Shown: positions 10,948-21,597, counted from the first letter of the stretch. The stretch is DNA of 64,000 nt from an uncultured virus (IMG/VR IMGVR_UViG_3300035520_000906) (IMGVR_UViG_3300035520_000906), one strand, 5' to 3'. The notes: generated by a model from the letters alone, not told the origin. Numbers and translations: made by a program.

Positions 10948-12117
10948 CTAATAACCTAAGTTATTTAATATATCAATCACTGTATCTTGCTTATTTGAGT
11001 CGTATGCAATACCTATAATCAGTGTATTGTCTATATATGTTATATCCATAAAAGCATTGTATGTATCACTTATAAGTGTTGATTCAGCTGATTTCTGCCC
11101 TGTTATACTTGATGAATAAGATGACTCTATCTCATCTGCATAGTCTATTATGTAATTATAATATGCTGATGCATCTTCTTGTGATGCAAATTCCACAAAG
11201 TTTATTTCGTAGGTATATTTATCATCACAAGCTATTGTTTTTGTTATTCCTGACCCTATACTATCTGTATCTACTTCCAAACCTAAACTATTCATGTAAG
11301 AACTAAATTTCTCTTGGTCAATTGCTACTGAACCTATAGGTGACACTACACTGATTTTTAATTCATTTACTTGTGTTGCAATTCCAATCCCTATCTTTAC
11401 AGCAAAAATTATAAGTATTATCAATATAGATAAAGGTAAAAGCATATAATATGAACCAGCTGGCCTTTCTTTTTTATGCTTTGTTGTATAATTTGCTATG
11501 TTATTTACAGTATGCAACTCGTAATCATTAGCTGCACCAAGTGTTTGTTTACCAACAACTTGCTCAGCCCTAATTTTAGATACTTTATCTGTTCCATACA
11601 TTGCTTGTTTTTGCAATCTTGTCATGTGTGACATTCTTGCCATATGTGCTGTATTGCTTTGTACAGTAGTCTCATTTTTTATATTAGCTTTTGCATTCTG
11701 AACAATTTGTTGTGATCTCACATTATTCTGTTGCTGTCTAACAGTAGCTTGTTGCGTATTATTTACATTCTGCCTTTGTACAGGTTTCTGTTGTATAGTT
11801 GAATTTCTATTCTGCACATTAGCATTATTTTGTATTGTTCTTACTTGATTTTCTGCTGTTCTTACTTGATTTTGTGACTGTTTTACTAAGTTTACTTGAC
11901 GATTACTATTATTCTGTACTTGTTTATTTAAACTAACACCACTGTTATTTTGATTATTATTTATATGTTTTTCAGTATTTACAGACTGTCTTTTTACTTG
12001 TGTTCCTGTGTTACCATTTCTGTTAGGTTTCACTATTTTTCTATTAGTGATATTGCTAACTACTTTAATGCTATCATTATCACTTATGTGGTTTGATTCC
12101 TCAAAAGTTCTATCCAT
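10948..12117 (-). CDS. Membrane protein with Q/N-rich N-terminus
   Basis: Low-complexity N-terminal half, central TM, globular C-terminus. Confidence 0.7.
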   Translation of the reverse strand: MDRTFEESNHISDNDSIKVVSNITNRKIVKPNRNGNTGTQVKRQSVNTEKHINNNQNNSGVSLNKQVQNNSNRQVNLVKQSQNQVRTAENQVRTIQNNANVQNRNSTIQQKPVQRQNVNNTQQATVRQQQNNVRSQQIVQNAKANIKNETTVQSNTAHMARMSHMTRLQKQAMYGTDKVSKIRAEQVVGKQTLGAANDYELHTVNNIANYTTKHKKERPAGSYYMLLPLSILIILIIFAVKIGIGIATQVNELKISVVSPIGSVAIDQEKFSSYMNSLGLEVDTDSIGSGITKTIACDDKYTYEINFVEFASQEDASAYYNYIIDYADEIESSYSSSITGQKSAESTLISDTYNAFMDITYIDNTLIIGIAYDSNKQDTVIDILNNLGY

Positions 12118-12140
12118 TTTAGCTACTCCCAACGAAATAC

Positions 12141-13103
12141 TTAATTTTTATCTAAAGATACTTTAATACTTTCATCTGTTTTATTCACATTATCAGTTTG
12201 ATTGTTTTCTTTTGATAATGATACTCCAACATGTTGTGCTTGCTGCTCATTAAACTGTTGTGGTTGTTCTACAGGTTGCTGTTGTATTGGCTGTTGCTGA
12301 TACTGCTGATTAACATTTTGATCTTGATTACTTGCTAAACCCATACCTGCTGCAAAACCATTTGCTGCTGACTGAACTCTATTACCAAAGTTGTTCAGTG
12401 ATGATTCAATGCCAGATGCTGCATTATTGAATGTTGCCTGTGCATTTACTCCACCAACTTGATTTGAATAGAATGTATGCACATGTTTACTCAATATACT
12501 TACAAATTTTGCTTTGTTTACTGCAACATATGGAAGCCTCTTAGTTGCCAAATCAACTGCATGGTTGATTTCATTTATTTCACTAATACCAATTAGCTGA
12601 GTATTACATGTATTTGCTGTTGAAATCTCTTGCATACTGTAATTGATATAACCAATAAGTATATTTGCAACTGAAGTATTTGATGCTCCACCCTGTGTAA
12701 GATAACCTAATGCATTATCTGCTTCAGCCTGATTTCTACATGCAAACACTGTATAATTTGCTGTGTTTCCATACTGTGTTGGAATGCTTATCTTTATTAA
12801 AGAACCAACTACCTCAGAATTAATTCCACATGATTTAAACCATTTATCAATGTAATTTACGTACTTTTCACTATCAATGAACTGCTCCATGTATGTTGCT
12901 AATTTTCTACTATCTTTATCTATTTTAGTTATGAACCCACCAGGAGATTCTAGCTGTCCATTAGCATTATCTTTGTTTATATTACCTAATCCACCAATGC
13001 CCTGTGCTGATGCACCATTATAATCATTACCACTGTTTGTTATTTTATCAGCTGCATTGTTTAATTGATTTGTTAAGTTGTTGAGTGTGTCCATGATTCC
13101 CAT
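12141..13103 (-). CDS. Hypothetical protein, Q/N-rich tail
   Basis: 320-aa ORF with RBS. Confidence 0.7.
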   Translation of the reverse strand: MGIMDTLNNLTNQLNNAADKITNSGNDYNGASAQGIGGLGNINKDNANGQLESPGGFITKIDKDSRKLATYMEQFIDSEKYVNYIDKWFKSCGINSEVVGSLIKISIPTQYGNTANYTVFACRNQAEADNALGYLTQGGASNTSVANILIGYINYSMQEISTANTCNTQLIGISEINEINHAVDLATKRLPYVAVNKAKFVSILSKHVHTFYSNQVGGVNAQATFNNAASGIESSLNNFGNRVQSAANGFAAGMGLASNQDQNVNQQYQQQPIQQQPVEQPQQFNEQQAQHVGVSLSKENNQTDNVNKTDESIKVSLDKN

Positions 13104-13135
13104 AGTATTTTTCCCCTTTCATTTTCCAAGTTATA

Positions 13136-13882
13136 TTATTCTGCTCTTTTAAGTATAGCCTCTTCTGCCATGTATTGTTTAAGAGCTATTGGTTCTTTAT
13201 ATAAAAATCCTTGCACTACGCTATACCCAAGGCTCTCTATATTCTCTAACTGTCCGTGTGTTTCTATTCCTTCGACCACATGTTTTAAGTTTAATTCATT
13301 ACATAACTCCAAAAGTTTCCTTAGTATTTTTATCTGTGAATCCTCATTCTCTTTTGATTGTTTGTCAATAAACACCTTGTCTACTTTCAGAATATCTATA
13401 TGATTATTTAGTAATGAATATAGATTTGCTGTATTAGTTCCAAAGTCGTCTAATGCAATCATTATACCATTCCTTTTGAAGTTCTTAATATTTTCTGCTA
13501 CTGCTTTATTTTTAAAGTCGGTGCACTCATTAACTTCAATGACAATATCATTATCTGATAAATTATTATCTCTTATTATACTGACTATTTCATTGCTTAT
13601 TCCAGATTTTGCTATTGTACTTGGACACAAATTTATGCCAATTGGATAATCTAATTTCTCATAATGGTTCAATATTCTTAATGTTTCTCTTAGTACATCC
13701 ATATCAAATGTATATTCAAGCTGACTTAACTTAACAAATGCTAGTATTTTCTGTGTTGAATTTATACCCCTATACCCCCTGATGAGTACTTCTGCGTATT
13801 CAATTTTTTTACTATTATAATTATAAGCTGGTTGTAAATATAAATTTATCTTATCAGGCATCTTACTGTCCTCAACTTTCAA
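13136..13882 (-). CDS. Stand-alone EAL-domain c-di-GMP phosphodiesterase
   Basis: YLQP, EVLIR, GINL, IEVNE, ALDDFG, LKVDK, VVEGIET, QGFLY. Confidence 0.9.
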   Translation of the reverse strand: MKVEDSKMPDKINLYLQPAYNYNSKKIEYAEVLIRGYRGINSTQKILAFVKLSQLEYTFDMDVLRETLRILNHYEKLDYPIGINLCPSTIAKSGISNEIVSIIRDNNLSDNDIVIEVNECTDFKNKAVAENIKNFKRNGIMIALDDFGTNTANLYSLLNNHIDILKVDKVFIDKQSKENEDSQIKILRKLLELCNELNLKHVVEGIETHGQLENIESLGYSVVQGFLYKEPIALKQYMAEEAILKRAE

Positions 13883-14017
13883 ATTATTAATTAAATAAAT
13901 TACCCAATCAATTAAAATTAATGTAAATTTATAAGCACAACTAGTTTATATCATTGTCACTGACAAAATAATACACCAATGCACTGCACTGGTGTATTAT
14001 TTCTACTGTATATTTAA

Positions 14018-14395
14018 TTATTTTATACTGCTAAGTATTTTATCTACCAAGCCATTTTTAAGTTCTTCATCAACATTATCAGATGAATCTATAAAAATAT
14101 ATGGTATGTTTTCCTTATTACAAATGTCTATTTCAGCTTTGCATCCTGTACTTTTCTCCCAATCTCCTACTACTAACATTAAATCACAATGTAATAGTAA
14201 ATCAGTACAGAAGGATAATCCTTTGAAATATTCTGTATCATGGTACATAAACCCATAACAGTGAACAGGTGATACTACACATAAATTGTCAAATACTTCA
14301 TCATTTTGATATAGCTTTCTAACAACTTTCTCTATGTCAAGTGTATTTTCCTCTAATCCGCTGCTAGGATGTGATAAGTATATCAACTTTTTCAT
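14018..14395 (-). CDS. DUF4406-like / nucleoside deoxyribosyltransferase-fold protein
   Basis: IYLSHP, VVSPVH, LLHCD...GDWEKSTGCKAEI. Confidence 0.8.
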   Translation of the reverse strand: MKKLIYLSHPSSGLEENTLDIEKVVRKLYQNDEVFDNLCVVSPVHCYGFMYHDTEYFKGLSFCTDLLLHCDLMLVVGDWEKSTGCKAEIDICNKENIPYIFIDSSDNVDEELKNGLVDKILSSIK

Positions 14396-14412
14396 ATTGT
14401 ATTACCTCTAAC

Positions 14413-15843
14413 TTACTCTACAATACTTATATTTCCAAGTGCTGTCCATTCTATTGCTATTGTGTCTCCAGATTCTATTGTAATACTGTCCACATAATCT
14501 GATGCTAATGTCACACTTGAATCTGTATCATTATAAATAAACTGAAATCCAGTGATTGAATTTATTGTATTTATATCTGATACATTAAGTATTTCACTAT
14601 CTAATATCTCTGAACCATTATCAGTTATAGCTGTTATACTTGTATTTCTTGCCTCTGCTGTTGCTTCATCCAGTGTAGCCTCATCAATCCAGAATAAACA
14701 TAAATTTGGAGATACTGTTGGTTCATCTTCTTCATCACTGTAATAATATGTTCCGCTTGAACCTATAACTGTACAAGGTGTTGTTCCTGTGTCTCCTCTA
14801 TCAGATGTGCCCCAAACTTCTGGGAAAATGTATTCTGCCTCAAATTCATACGTATCAAAAATATCGTTATAGCTCACAGTACATATTCTAAGTATGCTAC
14901 CTGTATCATTTACTAATGTTAATTGATCCTCTATTGTGTAGTATGTATCCTGCTCCACTGATGATAACCATAGTTCATATACATCTTCTGATACTCTGTC
15001 AGTGTTATTTACTTTATCCTGAATTTCAGCTAAAGCTTCATTTGCATAATCTACAATTTCATCTACTGTAAGTTCACCAAGTTTATTGTACTGTGCATCA
15101 TATAATACATAGCTTATGAGTTCCTTTGTATCTGTTGAAGATTCTGTCAATTCATTGCTGTATTCATTATAAAAGTCAAGTGCTCCATCTAAATATTCCT
15201 GTGATAAACCTTCAAGTAAGTATGATTTAATTGTATTTAATTCTTCGTCAGAAAGATCTTCTTCATCTGTATCTAATGATATTCCTGTCTCTGCTTCAAA
15301 ATTTTCGGATACATTTAAGAACTCGTTATATGCATCCTCATCTGATAATGCATAAAAACCAATGTAAAATACAAATGATTTAGTATCTAAGTCGGCTAAA
15401 CTCGTTATTGTTTCATTGTCTATGTCATCCCCAGTATCATCTGGATATGCTTCGTCTACTATTGGCTCGATGTATAAAGTTACTGGACATTGTTGTAGTG
15501 CCTCCATAAGCAAATTATCCAAAGATGCTGATATGATGTCACCCTCTGAATTAATCATGCTAATTGATGATTCACCATTAAATGTACTGTAAGAATAAAT
15601 TGAATACAAGTTTGATGGTGCACTCTCTGATGATGGTATATAATTTGCCATTGATACCTGACATTTATGCTTGTCTGTTGATGCTTCAACTGCTGACTCA
15701 GAATTTTCTGTTGTGTCTTCTGTTTCAGATGTTGTAATCAGTTCGTCTTTTGTTTCTGCTGAGTTGTTTGATGTGTTTACTGATGTCCCACAGCCAACTA
15801 ACAAGGTTGAGCACACCAATAAAGCGAGTAATTTGTTCTTCAT
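14413..15843 (-). CDS. Acidic lipoprotein
   Basis: Signal peptide with lipobox LLVGC. Confidence 0.75.
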   Translation of the reverse strand: MKNKLLALLVCSTLLVGCGTSVNTSNNSAETKDELITTSETEDTTENSESAVEASTDKHKCQVSMANYIPSSESAPSNLYSIYSYSTFNGESSISMINSEGDIISASLDNLLMEALQQCPVTLYIEPIVDEAYPDDTGDDIDNETITSLADLDTKSFVFYIGFYALSDEDAYNEFLNVSENFEAETGISLDTDEEDLSDEELNTIKSYLLEGLSQEYLDGALDFYNEYSNELTESSTDTKELISYVLYDAQYNKLGELTVDEIVDYANEALAEIQDKVNNTDRVSEDVYELWLSSVEQDTYYTIEDQLTLVNDTGSILRICTVSYNDIFDTYEFEAEYIFPEVWGTSDRGDTGTTPCTVIGSSGTYYYSDEEDEPTVSPNLCLFWIDEATLDEATAEARNTSITAITDNGSEILDSEILNVSDINTINSITGFQFIYNDTDSSVTLASDYVDSITIESGDTIAIEWTALGNISIVE

Positions 15844-15879
15844 CCTAATGTTATCCTCCCAATTATATTAATATTTTAA

Positions 15880-15920
15880 TAAAAAAATGGCATACCAATC
15901 ATTATTTGATATGCCATTTT
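15880..15920 (-). terminator. Intrinsic terminator
   Basis: AAAATGGCATA/TATGCCATTTT stem plus T-run. Confidence 0.65.
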
Positions 15921-15949
15921 GATGCTTATTTTAAGTATTCCCAGTTACA

Positions 15950-17428
15950 TTATTTTGCTAACAAAGTAAACTGCTTTGTTGCTAAAATATCATTTCTGTA
16001 GTCAAGTCTTAACTGAACTGGAGTTGGAGTTTTTCCAGGATCAAACTCAATTCCCTGTGACTTGCACAACTCTTCTGTTTTCTTTCTTGCCTTGATATAC
16101 TCATTCTTTTCCTTTGTATTATCAATTTCAGCAAGTCTGATACAAGTTGTTCCATCCTCACCGATGTTAAAGTCTAATGCAATGAAGTCACTCTTTAACT
16201 GATCAAGCATTGCACTAAACACAGCTAATGATACATTAAACACCTTTGCTGTGATGTCTGCAACTCCACCCTGCTCTGACTCTGGAATCCAGTTAGCAGA
16301 ATCAACTACTACTCTGTATGTATCAGAAACTGAAGCTGCTGATGAACCTGCAGCTACGACAAGCTCTACTTTTCCATCTTCATTTCTGTCAAATGTAAAT
16401 GCTACCTGATTTCCCTTATTTACATTTACAGCTGACTTGATATTATCTACAAGGAAGTCTCTAAGGAACTTCAACTGATATGTCTTGTACCCAAGTGAGT
16501 TATATCTCTCAAGAGAACCGATATGAGATCTACTTGCCTGTGCCATCTCAAACCAAATACCAACGTGTTCATCATCAGTATCTACATAAATAGAGCAGAA
16601 CTTCTCTTTAGTATGCAAATACATATTGTCTGCTGATGTTTTTCCAAACACACCTGTAATTGCTTTTGCAATCTGCTGTGGCATTACTACTGCATAGTGC
16701 ATACGATTTTCTTCTGCTGCAATTCTTGTCTGGAATGCCTGCTCTGAAAATCCTTCAGCCGACTCTGTTAACTCTGCACGAATCTCGTCCATTCTGTTTA
16801 AATCAATCTCGCATCTTTTACTAACAGGTACTGATGTTACATGAGCCTGATTAATTACGAAAATTGTCTGGTTCTTAGTAGACAGATAAATCTGTTTACC
16901 CTTTTCAGCAGCTGTCTTGTTAAGAGCATCCAAGAACTCACTTCTGTTAAACTCGTCTGGCATCTCTGAATCAAAGATTTCATCATACTTCATTCTTGTA
17001 AGTATTGCTGAACGCATGTTTGAACCAGGCTCATTCCAAGCAATATCCATTGCTTTCTTGCCGAGTGTTCTTTCCTCTGCAACTGCACCACTATCATCAA
17101 TGATTTCGAACTTCTGATTAACTGATACAGTAATAACTTTCTCCTTGTACTCGAATGTTACTTCGCTGACCTTAATTCTTCCAGATGGCTGACAATTATC
17201 AATAGCGCGTTTAATCTGCTCAAAATCTACTGCAACTGCGCCAATCTTATCAGTCTCTTCTGTCTCAACTGAAAGATGCTCAACAAAAGACTTATGTCCG
17301 TCAGAATAACAAACTTTCAGAAGACCTTCTGATAAGTCTAATAGCACACCAGGTACTGTCTTATCACCAGATGTAAGATCTGAAATTTTTCTAATTGAAC
17401 TTGTGATTTTTGTAATGTCTACTCTCAT
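15950..17428 (-). CDS. Divergent DNA polymerase III beta-like sliding clamp
   Basis: Three-domain DnaN pattern: PGVLLDLSEGLLKVCYSDG, GAVAVDFEQIKRAI, FNRSEFLDALNKT, FLRDFLVDNIKSA, FNVSLAVFSAMLDQLKSDFIALDF. Confidence 0.6.
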   Translation of the reverse strand: MRVDITKITSSIRKISDLTSGDKTVPGVLLDLSEGLLKVCYSDGHKSFVEHLSVETEETDKIGAVAVDFEQIKRAIDNCQPSGRIKVSEVTFEYKEKVITVSVNQKFEIIDDSGAVAEERTLGKKAMDIAWNEPGSNMRSAILTRMKYDEIFDSEMPDEFNRSEFLDALNKTAAEKGKQIYLSTKNQTIFVINQAHVTSVPVSKRCEIDLNRMDEIRAELTESAEGFSEQAFQTRIAAEENRMHYAVVMPQQIAKAITGVFGKTSADNMYLHTKEKFCSIYVDTDDEHVGIWFEMAQASRSHIGSLERYNSLGYKTYQLKFLRDFLVDNIKSAVNVNKGNQVAFTFDRNEDGKVELVVAAGSSAASVSDTYRVVVDSANWIPESEQGGVADITAKVFNVSLAVFSAMLDQLKSDFIALDFNIGEDGTTCIRLAEIDNTKEKNEYIKARKKTEELCKSQGIEFDPGKTPTPVQLRLDYRNDILATKQFTLLAK

Positions 17429-17493
17429 TTTAAAAAATGTCCTCCAAAATAAATTTTAATATATCCTATATATTTTATTGTCATTATTATATG

Positions 17494-17985
17494 CTAAATC
17501 TTAAACAATGGTGGTAGCTGTGAACTTGATGGCTGCACTGTTCCAAACACTGAACCACTTGTCTGCTGAGATTCAAAACTCTGTGCTGGCTGTGTCATGT
17601 TGCTTGGCTGTGTATATGTAGGTGTCATAGCTGGAGCTGTCGGAGGTACTGGCTGTACAGGTACAGAAGGTACTGGTTGTACAGGTACTGACTGTGCTGT
17701 ATTATTCATTGGATTTGAAGCTGCCTCTTCACTAGCAATCTTTGCTAATACAGCATTTCCAGACTGCAATGTTGAATTAATCTTGCTGACTTGTTCATTA
17801 AAAATCTGTTCAATATTATCACGTGTAACAGTCACACCAAGTTCAGCTGTTAATTCTGCACAAACTGAATTGATTTCTTTATTTGTGTATTCGATTTCAG
17901 CATTTAATGCTGCTGCCTTATCTTTATACTGTTTAAGACTGGCATTATACTGTTTAATTTCCTCTAAATTTACTCCTTGTAACAT
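17494..17985 (-). CDS. Coiled-coil protein with Pro-rich tail
   Basis: N-terminal heptads, PVQPVP repeats. Confidence 0.7.
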   Translation of the reverse strand: MLQGVNLEEIKQYNASLKQYKDKAAALNAEIEYTNKEINSVCAELTAELGVTVTRDNIEQIFNEQVSKINSTLQSGNAVLAKIASEEAASNPMNNTAQSVPVQPVPSVPVQPVPPTAPAMTPTYTQPSNMTQPAQSFESQQTSGSVFGTVQPSSSQLPPLFKI

Positions 17986-18063
17986 TTTACATTGTCTACC
18001 TTTCTATTATTTTTATGTTTTAGTTTTCCACACTCTGTATAGTATCAATAAATCTTTTTGTGT

Positions 18064-18360
18064 TTATTTATCTTGCTTTTTATCTAACTCTTCATAGTAC
18101 TTTTTATAATAGTCTAGCCTTTTAAGTAAATCTTCTGGAAGCTCTTTACCTTCTTCTAATAATCTTCGTGCTTCACTTCCATCTCCACGGTATGTATGTA
18201 TATTATCAGGATGCTTTACATTAAATATTCCAGACCTATACAGTCTTACATATACTCCAAGACTTTCAAGCTTTGTTATCATTTGTTCATACTTTTGATT
18301 TTCTTCTACTGAAATAGGTACTTTATCTATTTTTGGTATGTTAAAATGAGCCTGCATCAA
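18064..18360 (-). CDS. Small hypothetical protein, coupled to the upstream JAB-like gene
   Basis: ATGA overlap with 18357..18950. Confidence 0.6.
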   Translation of the reverse strand: MMQAHFNIPKIDKVPISVEENQKYEQMITKLESLGVYVRLYRSGIFNVKHPDNIHTYRGDGSEARRLLEEGKELPEDLLKRLDYYKKYYEELDKKQDK

Positions 18361-18950
18361 AGTGTTATCCTCCTTATTACTAATCCATTTTCTTCCATCA
18401 CTTTTCTAAAATCAGGTGTAATGTAATCTTGCAACATATTGTCTCTATATTCTTTAACTGTGCTGTAATCTTTTGATTTATCTTTAATCAATATAAATAT
18501 ATCTGCATTACTATTTATAACTGATATGCTTATAACTTTGTCATCGTCTAATAAGCTGCACACATCTGTCACAGAAAAATAACTTATATCATTATGAGTA
18601 TGAATAGTCATATATGAATAATTGTCTGATTCTGACATTATTTTATAGCATTCATTATCATCAGTACTCTTATTATCTCCAAAATATACTTCATTATAAT
18701 TAGTTGCCTTTTTAATTCCATACTTTAAATTATCTATATTTAGTACTGCTCCAGCTTCTTTACCTCCATTTGTATATGCCTCAATAAATAATTTTTTGCT
18801 AATATCAATGAGTAAATTATTTATATTTTCAAATTCTTTATTTTTAAAGAATTTTGCTGTATTAATTTTATTAATCATTGACATATTCATATTATTGACT
18901 TGTTCTTCTGGTCTTATTATGTGCGCTCTATACTCGTGTTCATTTATCAT
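18357..18950 (-). CDS. JAB/MPN-like metalloprotein
   Basis: KEAG...IHTHNDISYFSVTD (E...HxH...S..D). Confidence 0.55.
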   Translation of the reverse strand: MINEHEYRAHIIRPEEQVNNMNMSMINKINTAKFFKNKEFENINNLLIDISKKLFIEAYTNGGKEAGAVLNIDNLKYGIKKATNYNEVYFGDNKSTDDNECYKIMSESDNYSYMTIHTHNDISYFSVTDVCSLLDDDKVISISVINSNADIFILIKDKSKDYSTVKEYRDNMLQDYITPDFRKVMEENGLVIRRITL

Positions 18951-19003
18951 ATTTTCTCCATAATTACCTATTATATTAAACTGTATATTGTAAGGTTTAT
19001 AAT

Positions 19004-19975
19004 CTATCCCAGTGCTGATTTGAGAAGTTCGATGGCTTTATTCTTGTACTTATCATCTACACCAACTAAACCATTTATTATCTCTTCGGGACTTCCTACA
19101 TTTCTATCATGAGTATCGAGCTGTTTTACAATATCAGAAATATCAACTCTTGCTGCCTTCTCTTCTTTCTTAGCTGTTACTTTTTGTTTTTCTTCAAGAT
19201 TAAATGATTTATCTATACTCCACAAATCTATGTATTCTGTATCTACATCCATCTGTCCATCATCATAGATTGTAAGTACTAGAATTTTTCCCTTTTCGTC
19301 CATCATACCTTGTCTATATGCTGGTCTCATCATACATCCAAGGTAATTCACATGAACTTGATGTGCCATTCCATCCTTTATAATGTTTCCATCAAATTCC
19401 ATATCTTTATGAATATGTCCACAAGCTATATAGTCTGCTCCAAACCATCTTGTATAATTGTCCAAGTCAAATGGTTTTCCAAAATTAGGTAGTTGTGTTG
19501 CTGAAAACTTAATGTAGTCGTGAATTATCAATAAGTTAATTGAACTCATATCATCTATAATGTTTGGTATTGTATCTTCCATTTTACCATAGTCAACCAT
19601 TGTAATATGTAAGTTTCCTATTGTTAAATTACATGATGGTTTTAGAAAACCCTTACTTACATAGTAGTCTCTTTCGGTTAAACCGTAAGTTGCATCATCA
19701 TGATTTCCACGTAATTCATACCTATTTCCATTGAGTAATGTATATTGGTCTTGCAATTCTTTTTCTACTGCAAGTCTATACTCTAATGAATGAAATCTAC
19801 CAAATGTAAAGTCTCCAGTTCCAATAAGATGTGTTAATCCTCTTTTTTGTATTGTTTCAGTTATTTTGTGAAAATACTCTAAGCTTTCATTTGGATAATC
19901 TCTATGGGCACCATAGTTCTTACTACTTAAGTGCATGTCTCCGTATATACCAATTCTTGCTATTGCATTTGCCAT
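19004..19975 (-). CDS. SbcD/Mre11-like metallophosphoesterase nuclease
   Basis: GDMH, TGDF, RGNHD, CGHIH; next to the SbcC-like gene. Confidence 0.85.
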   Translation of the reverse strand: MANAIARIGIYGDMHLSSKNYGAHRDYPNESLEYFHKITETIQKRGLTHLIGTGDFTFGRFHSLEYRLAVEKELQDQYTLLNGNRYELRGNHDDATYGLTERDYYVSKGFLKPSCNLTIGNLHITMVDYGKMEDTIPNIIDDMSSINLLIIHDYIKFSATQLPNFGKPFDLDNYTRWFGADYIACGHIHKDMEFDGNIIKDGMAHQVHVNYLGCMMRPAYRQGMMDEKGKILVLTIYDDGQMDVDTEYIDLWSIDKSFNLEEKQKVTAKKEEKAARVDISDIVKQLDTHDRNVGSPEEIINGLVGVDDKYKNKAIELLKSALG

Positions 19976-19985
19976 TATGTTCTCC

Positions 19986-20255
19986 TTAAATACCCAGTTC
20001 TTTTAACTTGTCATTAATCTTAAATCTAGGGTCAAGTAATTTCAATTTACACTTGTCAGGTCTATTCTTATAGTCTTCATCCTCAAAAGGTATGTTTCTT
20101 CCACAATTCCCTTGCTGATATCCACATGGACAGCTTGCACAGCTACCTGGAGATGTCATGCATTGATGTGATTCATAAGGTACTGTAATACTTATTGTTA
20201 ATTTTTGACCAGAGTTTGTGTATTCAAGTTTACCGTTTACCAATACATCATTCAT
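19986..20255 (-). CDS. Small Cys-rich protein
   Basis: PGSCASCPC...C...RPDKCKL. Confidence 0.65.
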   Translation of the reverse strand: MNDVLVNGKLEYTNSGQKLTISITVPYESHQCMTSPGSCASCPCGYQQGNCGRNIPFEDEDYKNRPDKCKLKLLDPRFKINDKLKELGI

Positions 20256-20262
20256 GCTTCTG

Positions 20263-21573
20263 TTAAACTCCCATCTTATCTATATCAAATATTACATCTC
20301 CACCACAGTTTGGACATGTCTCTACTGCAACTCCGCACTGTTTCATATAATTCTGAACCTGCTCAATGTAATTGTTTATCTGAACTAATTGAGCCTCACC
20401 ACTATTTATAGCTGTTAGCTGTTCACTTATATGTGATAACTTATTTATTGCACTGATTGATATATCAGATACTTCGCTACAATGAGATGTATCAATCTTA
20501 CTTGCTTGTTTCTCCAATGTTGAAACTCTATTTATAAGTGTTTCTGCTTTTGTTAACTGTACAACTTCTACCTCGGAAATTTCGCTTAATTCTGATACAT
20601 GTACAAGTGCACCTGCTTCCTTAATTTTAGTATCAAGTGACTTAACTTTTTCTAAAATATTTCCTACTCTAGAAATAGTATTTGTATCTATTATTTCAAG
20701 GTTACTTACTTCATTTATCTTTGATAATAAATTAGTTGTATCAGTATTCTTATTAACTAATCTGCTAACATTTGCTAAATTAAATGCTAACATTTCATTT
20801 ACATTACTTAACTGGAATTTATCTATTAAAGCTAATGCTCCAAGCCTTCTTTCACAGTCATAAACTCTTTCTAATAGTGCTTTTGCTTTACTGAGTTTAT
20901 CTAATACTGCCATCTGCTCAATTAGTCTGTTTTTCACATTTGTCAATGGTTCAGTATCTACTATTGTTATGCTCTTTAACTGACTTTGAAGAGTTTGAAT
21001 GCTTGATTCATTACTGTTTATTTCACTTTTAAGTGCATTTACCTCTGTTGAACCCATCTTTATTGCCTTAGTTAGCTGTTCAACTTTTAATGCATTATAC
21101 ATTACTTTATAGTTAGTACTATTAGGAGTTACTACAAAAAGTAATTTATCTTCATATGTTCTTATATGCAAAAACTCATTAGTTTCGGGTTCTGCTATTA
21201 AGCCCATTATTTTTTGAACTTCTGTTGGAAGTCCTTCAGCTAATTTATTTGTGTTCCATATAAGATTTCCATTGCTGTCTGTAATTTGATAGCTGTTTAT
21301 TCCGCCAGCTTCTTTTACTCTTGTTATACGTTTTCCATTTTCTAGTTCAATGGCTACGCCGAACATCTTTGTGCCATCTCTTATATAATCTTTTTGGTCT
21401 CTTGGATTTGCATGTAATGCACAAGTTGCAAAAGCCTTAATTACAGAAGTCTTACCTGCCTCATTCTCTCCAACTAATGTTACTATGGGAGATTCTTTAA
21501 AACTAATCTCTACATCTCCAAGATTTCTAAAATTTCTTACATAGAGCTTACTAATAGGACTGTAATCATACAT
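20263..21573 (-). CDS. SbcC/Rad50-like ATPase, N-terminal half ending at the zinc hook
   Basis: VRNFRNL, Walker A GENEAGKTS, coiled coil, terminal CPNCG; no Walker B. Confidence 0.8.
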   Translation of the reverse strand: MYDYSPISKLYVRNFRNLGDVEISFKESPIVTLVGENEAGKTSVIKAFATCALHANPRDQKDYIRDGTKMFGVAIELENGKRITRVKEAGGINSYQITDSNGNLIWNTNKLAEGLPTEVQKIMGLIAEPETNEFLHIRTYEDKLLFVVTPNSTNYKVMYNALKVEQLTKAIKMGSTEVNALKSEINSNESSIQTLQSQLKSITIVDTEPLTNVKNRLIEQMAVLDKLSKAKALLERVYDCERRLGALALIDKFQLSNVNEMLAFNLANVSRLVNKNTDTTNLLSKINEVSNLEIIDTNTISRVGNILEKVKSLDTKIKEAGALVHVSELSEISEVEVVQLTKAETLINRVSTLEKQASKIDTSHCSEVSDISISAINKLSHISEQLTAINSGEAQLVQINNYIEQVQNYMKQCGVAVETCPNCGGDVIFDIDKMGV

Positions 21574-21597
21574 TTTGATACCTCGTCAATCTTTATT

